DNA of 64,000 bases from Macrostomum lignano (Eukaryota): positions 129,157-193,156 of the forward strand of contig NIVC01002205.1 of NCBI GenBank assembly GCA_002269645.1, read 5' to 3'. Position 1 is the first letter of the stretch. Each line of letters begins with the position of its first letter. Under the pieces are notes generated by a model, which was given only the letters and a program-made list of their open reading frames with translations, was not told where the DNA came from and made no database searches. The translations under genes were made by a program, and so were the position numbers. This document shows, piece after piece, positions 12,324-23,700 of this stretch.

Positions 12324-14751
12324 GGGTCCATGAGAAATGCCCGCAGACGAATTGCCCGCCGAGCTTTTCCCGCCGAGATTTGCCCGCAGTGCATTTTGCC
12401 CGTGTGATGAGGACGCACTTTTTTCCAAACCCCGCGCTAGCACATGGGCTCTAAACTTACTAGCCTACTAACAGTGGGCAATGGGCATTTTTATTTTTTT
12501 TCTGCGAATAGTCATAGAATCTATACTAGATATAATGTCTGGTCATACTAGTAGTCATAATAACATAGGCATTGCTTTTTGGATCATAAATCATCGCTTT
12601 CGAAGCTGGTCTGACAGCCACCTGCGCCTCACTCAGTGTTGAGGCGGGCGCCAGATGGTCTGAGAGGATGCGGGCGGTAGCTTTTTTCTCATCATTTTGA
12701 CAGGCCATCAAGATTTATGAGGTCAGAGCCTATTGTTCGGATTCACTCAAGCGTGTGACAGCTTTGACAGCTATGCGTTTTACCCCTAAAAGTACTTTGG
12801 GATTAGCGATTAGCAATTTCTCTTCATTATCTTCACTTTCTATTTAATAAGAGCTTTCTAATGTATATTTTTTCATTAATTTCTGTCAATCCTACGCGAA
12901 AAGTCATAAATCATTTTGTTGCGATTTTGAGTGATTTATGGCCGCACCTGTCATCTTTTTACGACCCTGTGGGAACTGATAGGATCTCTCGGTCACGTGA
13001 TTCTGGGTAGCAACAAGCTTAGCCAATCAGAAAATTCGGCGCTCATTTTAACAAAACGGCTCACATTATAACAAACTGCGGTCCAGTTGGCGGCTATTTA
13101 AACCGGAGTTTTTGGCCCGCTCGGACTAGACTCCAACCTGCTCGGGCCCAGCACGCAACTTCTGGTTCCCGGAGCGCGACCGTCGTTTCTTGATGCCCGG
13201 ATTGCGACTTCCCCCCATCATCATCAAGGACGAATCCCCCGGTCGTCAGCAGCGAACATCAAGCGAAGATCATCACCTGCTAGCTATCAGCGAAGATTGT
13301 GTCAGCATCATCCTGGGTCTACAGCTGCGAAGCATCAAGCCGATTCGGTCACTGTGGATTTCCTGGTCTCCGGCTGTTGAGTTTCTGATTGGTTGGGTGA
13401 GAGGCTACCTAGACTTGCTTGATTGGGTGATTCCCTGTCTGTCCCCTGTTTCAGTAGCTGGATTAGGCGCACACTTTTGCTCATTTTGTTCAGTAGTGCT
13501 GTTACTGAGGCAGAAATCACTTAATAATACTGCTAGTAGTCTGAAACTCCAATTCAATCTGAGGTGTGAAGTGATCTAAGGAGGAGGTTAAATCTGACAG
13601 TTATTTTTATCGGTTTTATTTCTTTGTTCGCCGATGGCTCAGATGAGTAGCTAAGCTAGTAGGCGCCGGTCACAGTGGACCAATGGCAAAGCGGTTCTCA
13701 GTCGATCAATCAATCAAATCAGTGAGCAAAACTGCCAGAAGTGCAGAATCGGCGCCAGAGATGTACTTTGTGCACTCTAGGTTAGCCAAGCGGCTCGGGT
13801 AATGAATCATGCGAGGTCTCTGAAGTTCGAGTTAGTCTATCATCAGCGCTATGAGAGGCTAGTTGGCGCGTTGAAGGCCAAAAGTACATACCTTCGTATT
13901 TAGCAATGTAATAGTACATGTAGCTACCCCATAGACTCGCCACTGCAAGAATCCCCTGCACAAGTCCCCTCTGTACCTGCATGGCCAATGCGATCTAGTC
14001 CCAGCAGTGTCCCTTATCATCGGCTATGACTTCGAGATTGACAGCAAAAAGACACTAGTTGGCAGGTAAGTGCAAAGCCCCTTCTAGTCGGAAGCCCGAT
14101 TTCGAGAGTCCCGGTGTGGTGAGCCAGGACGTACGGGCTGGTGGCAGCGAGTTAGCTTAGTCTGCGGATTAGCTAATTTCTACCTTCAAAATTCTCCCTG
14201 CTTGTCTCTCGCTGTCCCTCTCTTAGCTATAGGACCTAGACTGCTCGCCACACGATCAAGCTACCATGGGGCTGACCATCTGACAGGAGTGGGGGGCCAG
14301 GACTCTAATTGATTTATTTCTGAGGCCTGAGGCCCGAAGGCTTCCTCACAAGGGGCCTGAAAGGTCGAAACCCATCACGTGAGTGAATTTTCCCGTGGAG
14401 ATTTGCCCGCAGTGCAATTTGCCCGCGAGCGAGTTGCCCGCCGAGTTTTTTCCCGTCGAGGTTTGCCCGCAGTGCTTTTTTACTGCAGCGCATTTAGCCA
14501 CGCGGCAGATTTTGTCTGCATTGCGTTCCCAATGCTTAGTACATGTAAATCTTAATAAATAGATTTACACGATAAAAACGTTTTAATAGTAACTGCATAT
14601 TAACTGCATATTTTTTTTTGGGGGGGGGGGCAGGGAAAAAACTCCGCGGGCAACTCGCTCGCGGGTAATTTACTCGGCGGGAAAATACTCGGCAAGTACT
14701 CGGCAGGTAAATCTCGGTGGGAAAAGCTCGGCGGGCATCTCTCGTGCTCCC
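12324..14751. mobile_element. Non-autonomous Mutator-like (MULE) element with cargo
   Basis: Perfect 9-bp TSD GGCCTGCAG at 12315-12323 and 14752-14760. Imperfect TIRs GGGTCCATGAGAAATGCCCGC / rc GGGAGCACGAGAGATGCCCGC, built of repeated TTGCCCGC/TTTTCCCGC motifs. No transposase ORF seen. Confidence 0.85.
13021..13102 (+). promoter_or_regulatory. CCAAT-box and TATA-like element inside the MULE cargo
   Basis: AGCCAATCAG at 13021 and GGCTATTTAAACC at ~13092-13104, with Pol II-like spacing. Motif match only. Confidence 0.3.
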
Positions 14752-15776
14752 GGCCTGCAGCGCGTTCGAGATCGCGGGCACTACTATTTATCACCACGGC
14801 GTGGCCGTCTTAGTGACCTGATGCGCCAACTCCAGTGACCGGCCATTTATTTCGCGTCGAGTGTCGGATTGTACCTGCTGTGATCGGGTTTGGGGCTCAC
14901 GTAGTGAGAAAAGTCACGCGCATCGAACCCTCCAAATTGTCTGTCTGCCTTCCCCAACCTGTGTACAGTTCTAACAGTACCCAACTTCGGTACATGTGCT
15001 GCTGACGCTGTTCATTCACGGATGCACTACAACGATCGAGAAACGGCGTTTCGTCAAATACCAAATCTTTTCTCCCTCAGCTTCAATTTCTCTTAATCTT
15101 TCAGTTAATGTAAGTACGACTCAAATAGAAGACAGGAAACCTCGTTTCTTGGAAATTTTTGGGAGGCAGGATTTTTTGAAAAGTACACTACGGAGATAGG
15201 AATTCGAAGTTTTCATTTCTTCAGCAAAAAAATGTAATTGCTTTCAATAGGAGGCAGGCCCAATGTTCATATTTTGATATTCATTGATATTCAATGTTCA
15301 TATTTTCATTTTTTGTATAATAATCATAGCTGCTACAGTGGTATTATTGTGGGTATTAATCCAGTACACGTCGTGCACTGGTTAAAAGACGCAGTCCGTG
15401 TCAGTATTTATGGAGACCAGTGCAGGCTGGAAATGAGCATGAGCATAATATAGCACTGCTGGAGCCAACCTCATCAGTAATTGTCTGCTTTGCAGGAGGG
15501 GTGATGGTATGATTTAAGCTTTATGGGTGAGGCCGCTGCTCTTCCAACCTTTTGTTGCTGTTCCGGTCTGGGTGTAGATGCGAGGGTATAATAATAAGTG
15601 TGAGCTGCGCAGCGGGGTTGGCAAACCACCGCACACCCATGCACCTCAATTGTGTGGCAGTTGAGCTAGCAAGAGTGGCTAAATAAGACGGGTTAGTGCA
15701 CAGAAGATTTATTCAGATTATTCCGAGCGGCCTCAGAGACCTACAGACGCATAGCAAGCTAAAGTGCTGCAGTGCA

Positions 15777-16427
15777 ATGCACACCGAGAAGGACTCGGTG
15801 CGGCAGCTCGTGAAACGGCGGCAGCTGAACTGCCTTCACCTGCGCGAGCTGAATTCAGCCTGCAACGAGCTACAGCTGCTACAGTTCCGCAGGGAGGCCA
15901 CCACCAGCTTCGCCGATCTCCGCGGCGTTTTGTGCCCCCTTTTCGAGGACACCAGGCCGCCTCAGCCGCCACCACCACCGCCACCGAAGCCTAAGCGACG
16001 GCATCTCCATCCGAGTCCATTTCTGCAGCCGCCGGCGTCAGCGGAGATAGCTGCGGCAGCAATGATGAGACAGCAGCGGCTGCCAGCGCTTCAGCGACTT
16101 GCACCAGGCAAAGACATTGCCGGTTGCGACTGTCTTGGTGAGACAGAGAAGAAACTGATAGAGCTACACGAAGCAAGCAATGAGGCCGCCGCAGCATCAG
16201 TCACAGTGCGTTCGCGTCACAGCCGGCGCCTCCGCCGTGGCGTTGACGGAAGCAGCTTCAGCGAAGCGGTCTGGAGATGGCGGTCACAGCTTCCGGACTT
16301 CTCCATCGGCCTAATGAAACCCGGTGGGGAATCGTCCACTGTAGCTGGCTGCGGTAAAACGGCTGCGGTGGCCGGGTTGGGACTCGGTTCTCCCCGCCGG
16401 GCTGCCCGACCCCTGCAGATCCGGTAG
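15777..16427 (+). CDS. Hypothetical protein, single GC-rich ORF (~216 aa from ATG 15777)
   Basis: GC/CpG-rich open frame with poly-Pro and poly-Ala tracts like the genuine exons in this window. No recognised domain. Confidence 0.4.
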   Translation: MHTEKDSVRQLVKRRQLNCLHLRELNSACNELQLLQFRREATTSFADLRGVLCPLFEDTRPPQPPPPPPPKPKRRHLHPSPFLQPPASAEIAAAAMMRQQRLPALQRLAPGKDIAGCDCLGETEKKLIELHEASNEAAAASVTVRSRHSRRLRRGVDGSSFSEAVWRWRSQLPDFSIGLMKPGGESSTVAGCGKTAAVAGLGLGSPRRAARPLQIR

Positions 16428-17227
16428 AACGCTCTGGGGCTACGGCTTTGCGACAGAGGCAGCGTGGGCGGCTAACAAATCAGACACAACCTGCTTGGGA
16501 CCCTCATCCTGTGACCAGCGGTCTCAGAAGACTCCGAACATTTCACGGCCTGTCGACATGCAACTCTGCAGAATAACTAGCTGTTTCGAGATATTGTGTA
16601 TTTGTGCGTCAGTCTGTCTTCGAAACATTTACGCACTGAACGATCGAGTAATTAAAGCAGCTTATGAATTTCATCAGATTTCTTTTTATTATTAGGGCCT
16701 CCAGCATCTCAAATTGTACATGTACATGTAAATCTATAGCTTAGCTAAAAATGCTACCCAACCTCTTTTGCCATGTGAATCGTTCACACAGTGTAGATGT
16801 AATAGATGAAACAGCCCACAAATTTGTCTCGCAAGATTAAACTAAAACAGCTTTAATTTTTTAAGTCGTACAACGTGTACACATGTACATGTTCACGTCC
16901 ATTTCAAACTGGAGTCTGGAGATCTACATGTGTATATACATGTAACTCGAAGCTGAAGCTAAAAATGCACAGAAATTTCTTTTGTTTTTTTCATTTTCAC
17001 TTCATCCCCAAACTATTTTTCTTTTTTTATATAGAAAGCAACAGATATCGTCCGTTTATCTGAAGATCAATAGCAACGAGATATGGCTGAAAAGCGCAGA
17101 AGTATAGAAAATAGTTACTATTCTTTATGCTATAATCCGATTAGCTTAGTTTCAGATAGATGGTTAGCTGTTAGTGGCTTTTAAATTTTGTTTATCTTTT
17201 CAACGACTTTAAAGTTATTGTTGTTGT

Positions 17228-17611
17228 TAGGGCTCGATCCTTAAAACACGTGTACCGTCCCGCAGCGGTAAACAAATTGGACTATAACTGAAGACATTTC
17301 AGAATACGTTGTCTGTTAAGTTTTAAGTTTTTATTAATTTTTTTCACTTCAAAGTAAAGTTTTTTACTTCAAAACATAAAATTCTGTGAATAATAAGTTT
17401 TTAGTAATAAAATAATAAAATAATGATAATATAATTTTCATCAGGAAAACGAGAATAAGAAAAAAAAGAATATTTAATATAACAATTTAAGGTATTTATT
17501 CCGTTAATCTTATAAGAAATAGTTTTTTCTGTAATCAAATACTGCATTGACAAAAATGTTATAATGTGTAGCGCTGCGGGGTGGTGCGATACGTGTTTTA
17601 GGGAGACCCTG
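17228..17611. mobile_element. Small foldback/MITE-like element
   Basis: Imperfect inverted repeats TAAAACACGTGTACCGTCCCGCAGCG (17242-17267) and CGCTGCGGGGTGGTGCGATACGTGTTTTA (17572-17600) around an AT-rich core. No clear TSD. Confidence 0.35.
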
Positions 17612-17759
17612 TTGCCAGCGTTGCGTGCGTGGACTGTCATTTAACTTCTTAAGAGTCCAAATTGAAGTAGCTACAACGCAAGTTTATTCAGGAATTTAAA
17701 AGTAATTTGTGACATATTTGCCCTAAGTCCAAGAGCGGTTGCAGCCGCAACATCGGAGG

Positions 17760-20700
17760 ATGTATAGTCTGTATTATAGATTAGCATGGAAGTTATCTTT
17801 TATTGGTTTAGGCCTAATATCATTTGTATATGCAAAATCATCAACACACATATCATTGATGAATGACATCAAAGAGAGGAATGTACTAGTTACTTATTAT
17901 TCTGCTAAGTAAGTAATTCTATTGCAAAAATATACATTTAAAAGTCAATATAAGAATTTCACAAATTAATTATTAATATAGCCCCCCTAGACATAGTTTA
18001 TACTTTATAGGAAAAATATACCAATAGATTGCACTACTTACACAACATTTTTTTATCTAAGGTTTATATTGAATAATTTTCTATTCAAATATAATCATCA
18101 CAATATACTAAATCTCTAAGATCTGTTTGTCTGACCAGTATTCCAGTCCGCAGCCTGAATACCTAAACCGATTTTTTTCAAACTTGCTTTATTCAACTCA
18201 AAATTCTTGTGAGATTGTGTGGGTGTAATTGCATTGAAAAATTTGAATGGGAAGTTGGTTAAATATTCAAAAGACTGTATTTTCCCTATCTAATTAGTGT
18301 ATTTCTCTCGCAGTGAGAGCTCAATATGTCTATGGCCATAGACTAAACTTCAATTTCTTGTAGCTTGGATGCTAGGAGCTATAAATAATTAAATATTCAA
18401 CAGCTTTAATATATGAAAGGGAGATGCTTAGTTACTGTGTTCTGATCCTAGTTGATTGGCAAACTACATAGAGAATTGCTATTTTCAGTATTGGGCACCA
18501 GTCTATTAAAAAGTGTTAATCTGTTAATAATAGGCCTAAGCATTAAGATTTTTCATTAATGCTAACAGATTGTCGTTAAGATTTTTTTGAACTAACGGAT
18601 TAACAAAATTGCATTAAAAATTTTGTGAATTAACAATAAATTCATCGTTAACAGTAGTGTCTATGTCTATGACCAAAGACACAAAGAAAGAACGAAAAAT
18701 AGAAGTCTTACAAGAAGTTTAAACATTACAAATGTATTTGAGCTTACCTATATGCCTAAATATAATCTCTTTATTTATGACAATAATCATACAGACGTAC
18801 ATGTAATTAACAACTTCTTACAAATAAACTTTAAAATAATGAATTAAAATAGTGTGAAACTTTATTTCTTGTGCATGAGCATTGATTGCTTTGATTCACT
18901 TCTGTCCCAATCTTTCGCAACTTTCTGCTGCGCCTGCTAATGGTATTGAAACAACCTTCCTATGCGTATTTAATTATGAATTTCTCGTTATTAGCTTTTA
19001 AGTTTCAAATAAAATAAGTTACTTCTTTACCATATGCTTTACTTTTAGTAGTATTATGCATGCAAGTTTTTAAAATAATTATTTATTACTTTTTTAGCTT
19101 TCAAATTGCTTAGATGACCTCTGTGTTTTGCTAAAAAGATGGAATAGCAAAGACATGCATTACGAAGTCTGTTTTGGAAAAAACGTGTAAGATTTCCATA
19201 TTTTCTATGTTAACTTTAACAGATTAATGCTTATTAATGATTATCAGTTAACTTTCAGTTAACTTAACAAAATTAGGAGTTAAAAAGTTAAGATTTTTTT
19301 TGTTTTAACGCTAACGCTTTTGCTATTAACGGAAGTTAAGATTTTCATTAATGGTGCCCAACACTGCTATTTTTAGATTTCACTCAACAGTGCATTGGCT
19401 CTGCCCGCACACTGAGCAGCCCATCACTGCTCACTCGCACACTGAGTGGTCTATCACTGCTATGTCAAAGCATATATGGCTGATGCTAAAAATGGTCTGT
19501 CTGTGTGTGCCCCGGGTCTTGGGTGCTTGCTACGTCTGTTGGATGCTTGCTGTCTTAGGGATACTTGCTATCTGGGGGATGCTTGCTGTCTTAAGGATAT
19601 TTGCCATCTGGGGAATGCTTGCTGTCTAGATCTGGGGGATGCTTGCTATCTGGTGGATGCCTGCTGTCTGGAGGATGCTTGCTGTCTGGGGGATGCCTGC
19701 TGTCTAGGGGATGCCTGCTGTCTGGGGAATGCTTGCTGTCTGGGGAATGCTTGCTGTCTGGGGGATGCCTGCTGTCTAGGGGATGCCTGCTGTCTGGGGA
19801 ATGCTTGCTGTCTGGGGAATGCTTGCTGTCTGGGGGATGCCTGCTGTCTGGGGAATGCCTGCTGTCTGGGGGATGCTTGCTGTCTTTCTTTGCTCCCCAA
19901 CGGGGGGCTTAAATTGCTAGTTTTATATCTAAAGATAAAGTTGTAAGAATAAATGCCTTTTATCTATATTAAATATAGATAGGCCCCTAGGAAATCCCAC
20001 ACTTGTTCAATAAATTATTTTAATGCCAGTGCCAGGTAGATGCACATCAGCAAATGCATGCCAAACTAATATGTTACAGAAAAAACATACAACTTTTTAC
20101 ATTTAAAAATGCACTTCAAAAAACCAAGTCTTTAACATTTTTTAAAACTTTTGTAGTATGCAAATATATAATGTTTCTTTTTTGCACATTAAAATTTACT
20201 TATCATTTTGCAATAAAAATAAGTATGAATTCTTGTCTTCACAACACCATGTCTTTTCACAAACTTTTGTCTTAACAAAGCATGTCTAATATCATGCTAG
20301 GCCACATTCAACACCAGCTTTTCTATGCCATAGCCCATATTGCAAAAGGTGTAGTATATGCTAGAAAATTCCAGTGTACAAATGGTTTTGCTGCCATACA
20401 TCTGGCATACAAATGCTTTAGCTTTTAGTTAGCTTTTGCATTACTTCACTTATTTAAGTTTTAATTTTTTGCAACTTAATAATAAGACTTGAAATTTTTC
20501 ATAGATGCCCATTCAGCCAACAGTTCCTGAAATTGTGGAAAGGCATTGATGTGCACAGCCTGCCAACTGTTGGCAGCGGTTTTGCTAGTCATTTGGTAAG
20601 TAGAATAAATATTTTAATTGGTAGCTCTATAAGGGCATTCCAATTAGTCCTATCTGTAATAAATATCGTTCCTTTTAATCTATTTCAGATTGATTGTGAA

Positions 20701-23700
20701 GCTGAAACAGAACTGTGTGCCAAACATAAGATAAAGTATTACCCAAGGTGAGTGTTAATAATTTGTGAAGCCCTTTGCTGACCCAAGCTGTTTGACCCCT
20801 GATCCTGCAGCACCAGAACCTGTGCCCAGTTACCTGATCCTGCAGCATCAGATTCCACCAGCCCAATTACCTGATCCCGCAGCATCAGATTCCACCAGCC
20901 CAGTTACCTGATCTCTGATCCCGCAGAATCAGATTCCACCAGCCCAGTTACCTGATCCCGCAGCATCAAATTCCACCAGCTCAGTTACCTGATCCCGCAG
21001 CATCAAATTCCACCAGCTCAGTTACCTGATCTCTGATCCGCAGCATCAGATTCCACCAGCCCAGTTACCTGATCCCGCAGCATCAGATTCCACCAGCCCA
21101 GTTACCTGATCTCTGATCCGCAGCATCAGATTCCACCAGCCCAGTTACCTGATCCCGCAGCATCAGATTCCACCAGCCCAGTTACCTGATCCCGCAGCAT
21201 CAGATTCCACTAGCCCAGTTACCTGATCCCGCAGCATCAGATTCCACCAGCCCAATTACCTGATCCCGCAGCATCAGATTCTCTAATCTGGAATCTGGAT
21301 TCCACTAGCCCAGTTACCTGATCCCGCAGCATCAGATTCCACCAGCCCAATTACCTGATCCCGCAGCATCAGATTCCACCAGCCCAGTTACCTGATCCCG
21401 CAGCATCAGATTCCACCAGCCCAATTACCTGATCCCGCAGCATCAGATTCCACCAGCCCAGTTACCTGATCCCGCAGCATCAGATTCCACCAGCCCAGTT
21501 ACCTGATCCCGCAGCATCAGATTCCACCAGCCCAGTTACCTGATCCCGCAGCATCAGATTCCACCAGCCCAGTTACCTGATCCCGCAGCATCAGATTCCA
21601 CCAGCCCAGTTACCTGATCCCGCAGCATCAGATTCCACCAGCCCAATTACCTGATCCCGCAGCATCAGATTCCACTAGCCCAGTTACCTGATCCCGCAGC
21701 ATCAGATTCCACCAGCCCAGTTACCTGATCCCGCAGCATCAGATTCCACTAGCCCAGTTACCTGATCCCCCAGCACCAGATTCCACCAGCCCAGTTACCT
21801 GATCCCCCAGCACCAGATTCCACCAGCCCAGTTACCTGATCTCTGATCCCGCAGCATCAGATTCACCAGCCCAGTTACCTGATCTCTGATCCCCCAGCAT
21901 CAGATTCCACCAGCCCAGTTACCTGATCTCTGATCCCGCAGCATCAGATTCACCAGCCCAGTTACCTGATCTCTGATCCCGCAGCATCAGATTCACCAGC
22001 CCAGTTACCTGATCTCTGATCCCCCAGCATCAGATTCCACCAGCCCAGTTACCTGATCTCTGATCCCGCAGCATCAGATTCACCAGCCCAGTTACCTGAT
22101 CCCCCAGCATCAGATTCACCAGCCCAGTTACCTGATCCCCCAGCATCAGATTCCACCAGCCCAGTTACCTGATCTCTGATCCCGCAGCATCAGATTCTAC
22201 CAGCCCAGTTACCTGATCTCTGATCCCGCAGCATCAGATTCACCAGCCCAGTTACCTGATCCCCCAGCATCAGATTCCACCAGCCCAGTTACCTGATCTC
22301 TGATCCCGCAGCATCAGATTCCACCAGCCCAGTTACCTGATCTCTGATCCCGCAGCATCAGATTCCACCAGCCCAGTTACCTGATCTCTGATCCCGCAGC
22401 ATCAGATTCCACCAGCCCAGTTACCTGATCTCTGATCCCGCAGCATCAGATTTCACCAGCATGGCTCGCATCAGCCGCAGGTGTTTCGTGGGCGCCGAAC
22501 TGCCGGTACGCTGCTGAGCTTCCTGGGCAAGGCGATGCTCGGCTCCACGGTACCCGCTGTCGAGGCAGAAGCCCTTGGCGATACTGCCGCATCCCCACCA
22601 CTAATGCTGGATGGCGTGATGGAGCTGACGGACGCGAACTTCGACTCGTTCACTGCTGGCGGGCCGGTATTTGTGAAATTCTTCACAGACTGGTGCCCGC
22701 ATTGCAAACTGCTGAAGCCGCTGTTCCCTCAGCTGGCTCCGCTGGCCAAGCGGCTGGGCGTGGCGCTGGGCCAGGTGAACTGCGAAAGCCAGCCGGACAC
22801 TTGCAGCAAGCAGGCAGTGCCGCATTATCCCTACATGGCGCTGTTCGGCCACGGCCGTCGTCTGGGTGTTCACGAGGCCGACAACACCATCGAAAATTGG
22901 CAGCAGTTCCTGCAGCTGAAACTACAGGAGCTGGTTGCCGACAGAGCTGCGGCTGTCTCCGAGGGAGTCCTTGAGAACTGGTATTCGGTGAGGATTTTGC
23001 CATCAGGATTATTGTATCCTAATTATATCTGACCTATTTTATTTTTATTATTTTTATGCAATAGTCTGTAGGCTTCTTTACTTGTTTGGTTCCTTTTTAA
23101 CTGTCTGCTTCACTGTGTGCACACTGCCAAGGTCAAGAGGAGATTACTGAGAGTTTGACTTACTACTGAATGGCTAGTCAAGTTTTCGCTTTTGAGACAC
23201 TTTACCAACAGTTGCTGGCTTTGCTGTTCAAGTTTTGGTCAAAGGCTGATATTTCTAGGAAAGTGTGTGGAATGCATATGCTTCTACTGTGCTTATTGGT
23301 GGTGGAATGCTAGTCATAATTGAGTCTGGCTGCTATTTTTTCGTGAAAGCTGGCTCGAAAGCCCCATCTATTCGGCAGGAAGCAGGATTAACCCCTGCTG
23401 TTGGATCTTGGAGTTAGATTTGTCTGCAAAGTTTTTGCTTTTCATTCTTTTCAGATCGTCAAGCCGGTTTCCCTGACTTGGAGCTCCTTTGACAAAACTG
23501 CTCGGGCGACAGAATTCCTGTTTGTCAAATTTTTCGCTCCCTGGTGAGTTCTGTGCTCGGTTTGAAGCAGTCAGACCTGGGGTAGGAGTGGGTCAGAGTC
23601 TGAATAGAACTGGGTCAGAATCTGAATAGAACTGGGTCAGAGTCTGAATAGAACTGGGTCAGAATCTGAATAGAACTGGGTCAGAGTCTGAATAGAAATG

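Noticed and set aside
12968-14352. Solo LTR (TGT...ACA) within the MULE
   Set aside because: No matching 4-6-bp TSD, PBS or PPT found.
14320-14375. Hammerhead ribozyme (…GGCCTGAAAGGTCGAAAC)
   Set aside because: Stem II/GAAA-like part only; the CUGAUGA core has three mismatches (CTCACAA).
19446-19946. Cys-rich LGDACC repeat protein (metallothionein/keratin-like)
   Set aside because: It is the translation of an 18-bp minisatellite inside TXNDC5-like intron 1.
20503-20510. Selenocysteine (TG|A) codon across the TXNDC5-like exon junction
   Set aside because: The upstream exon ends in AA (17907-17908), giving AAA (Lys), not TGA.
22481-22483. Exon start at 22481 (GCCGCAG|GTG)
   Set aside because: Phase 0 is incompatible with the phase-2 donor at 20748. 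The acceptor at 22443 fits the phase and restores the thioredoxin sequence.
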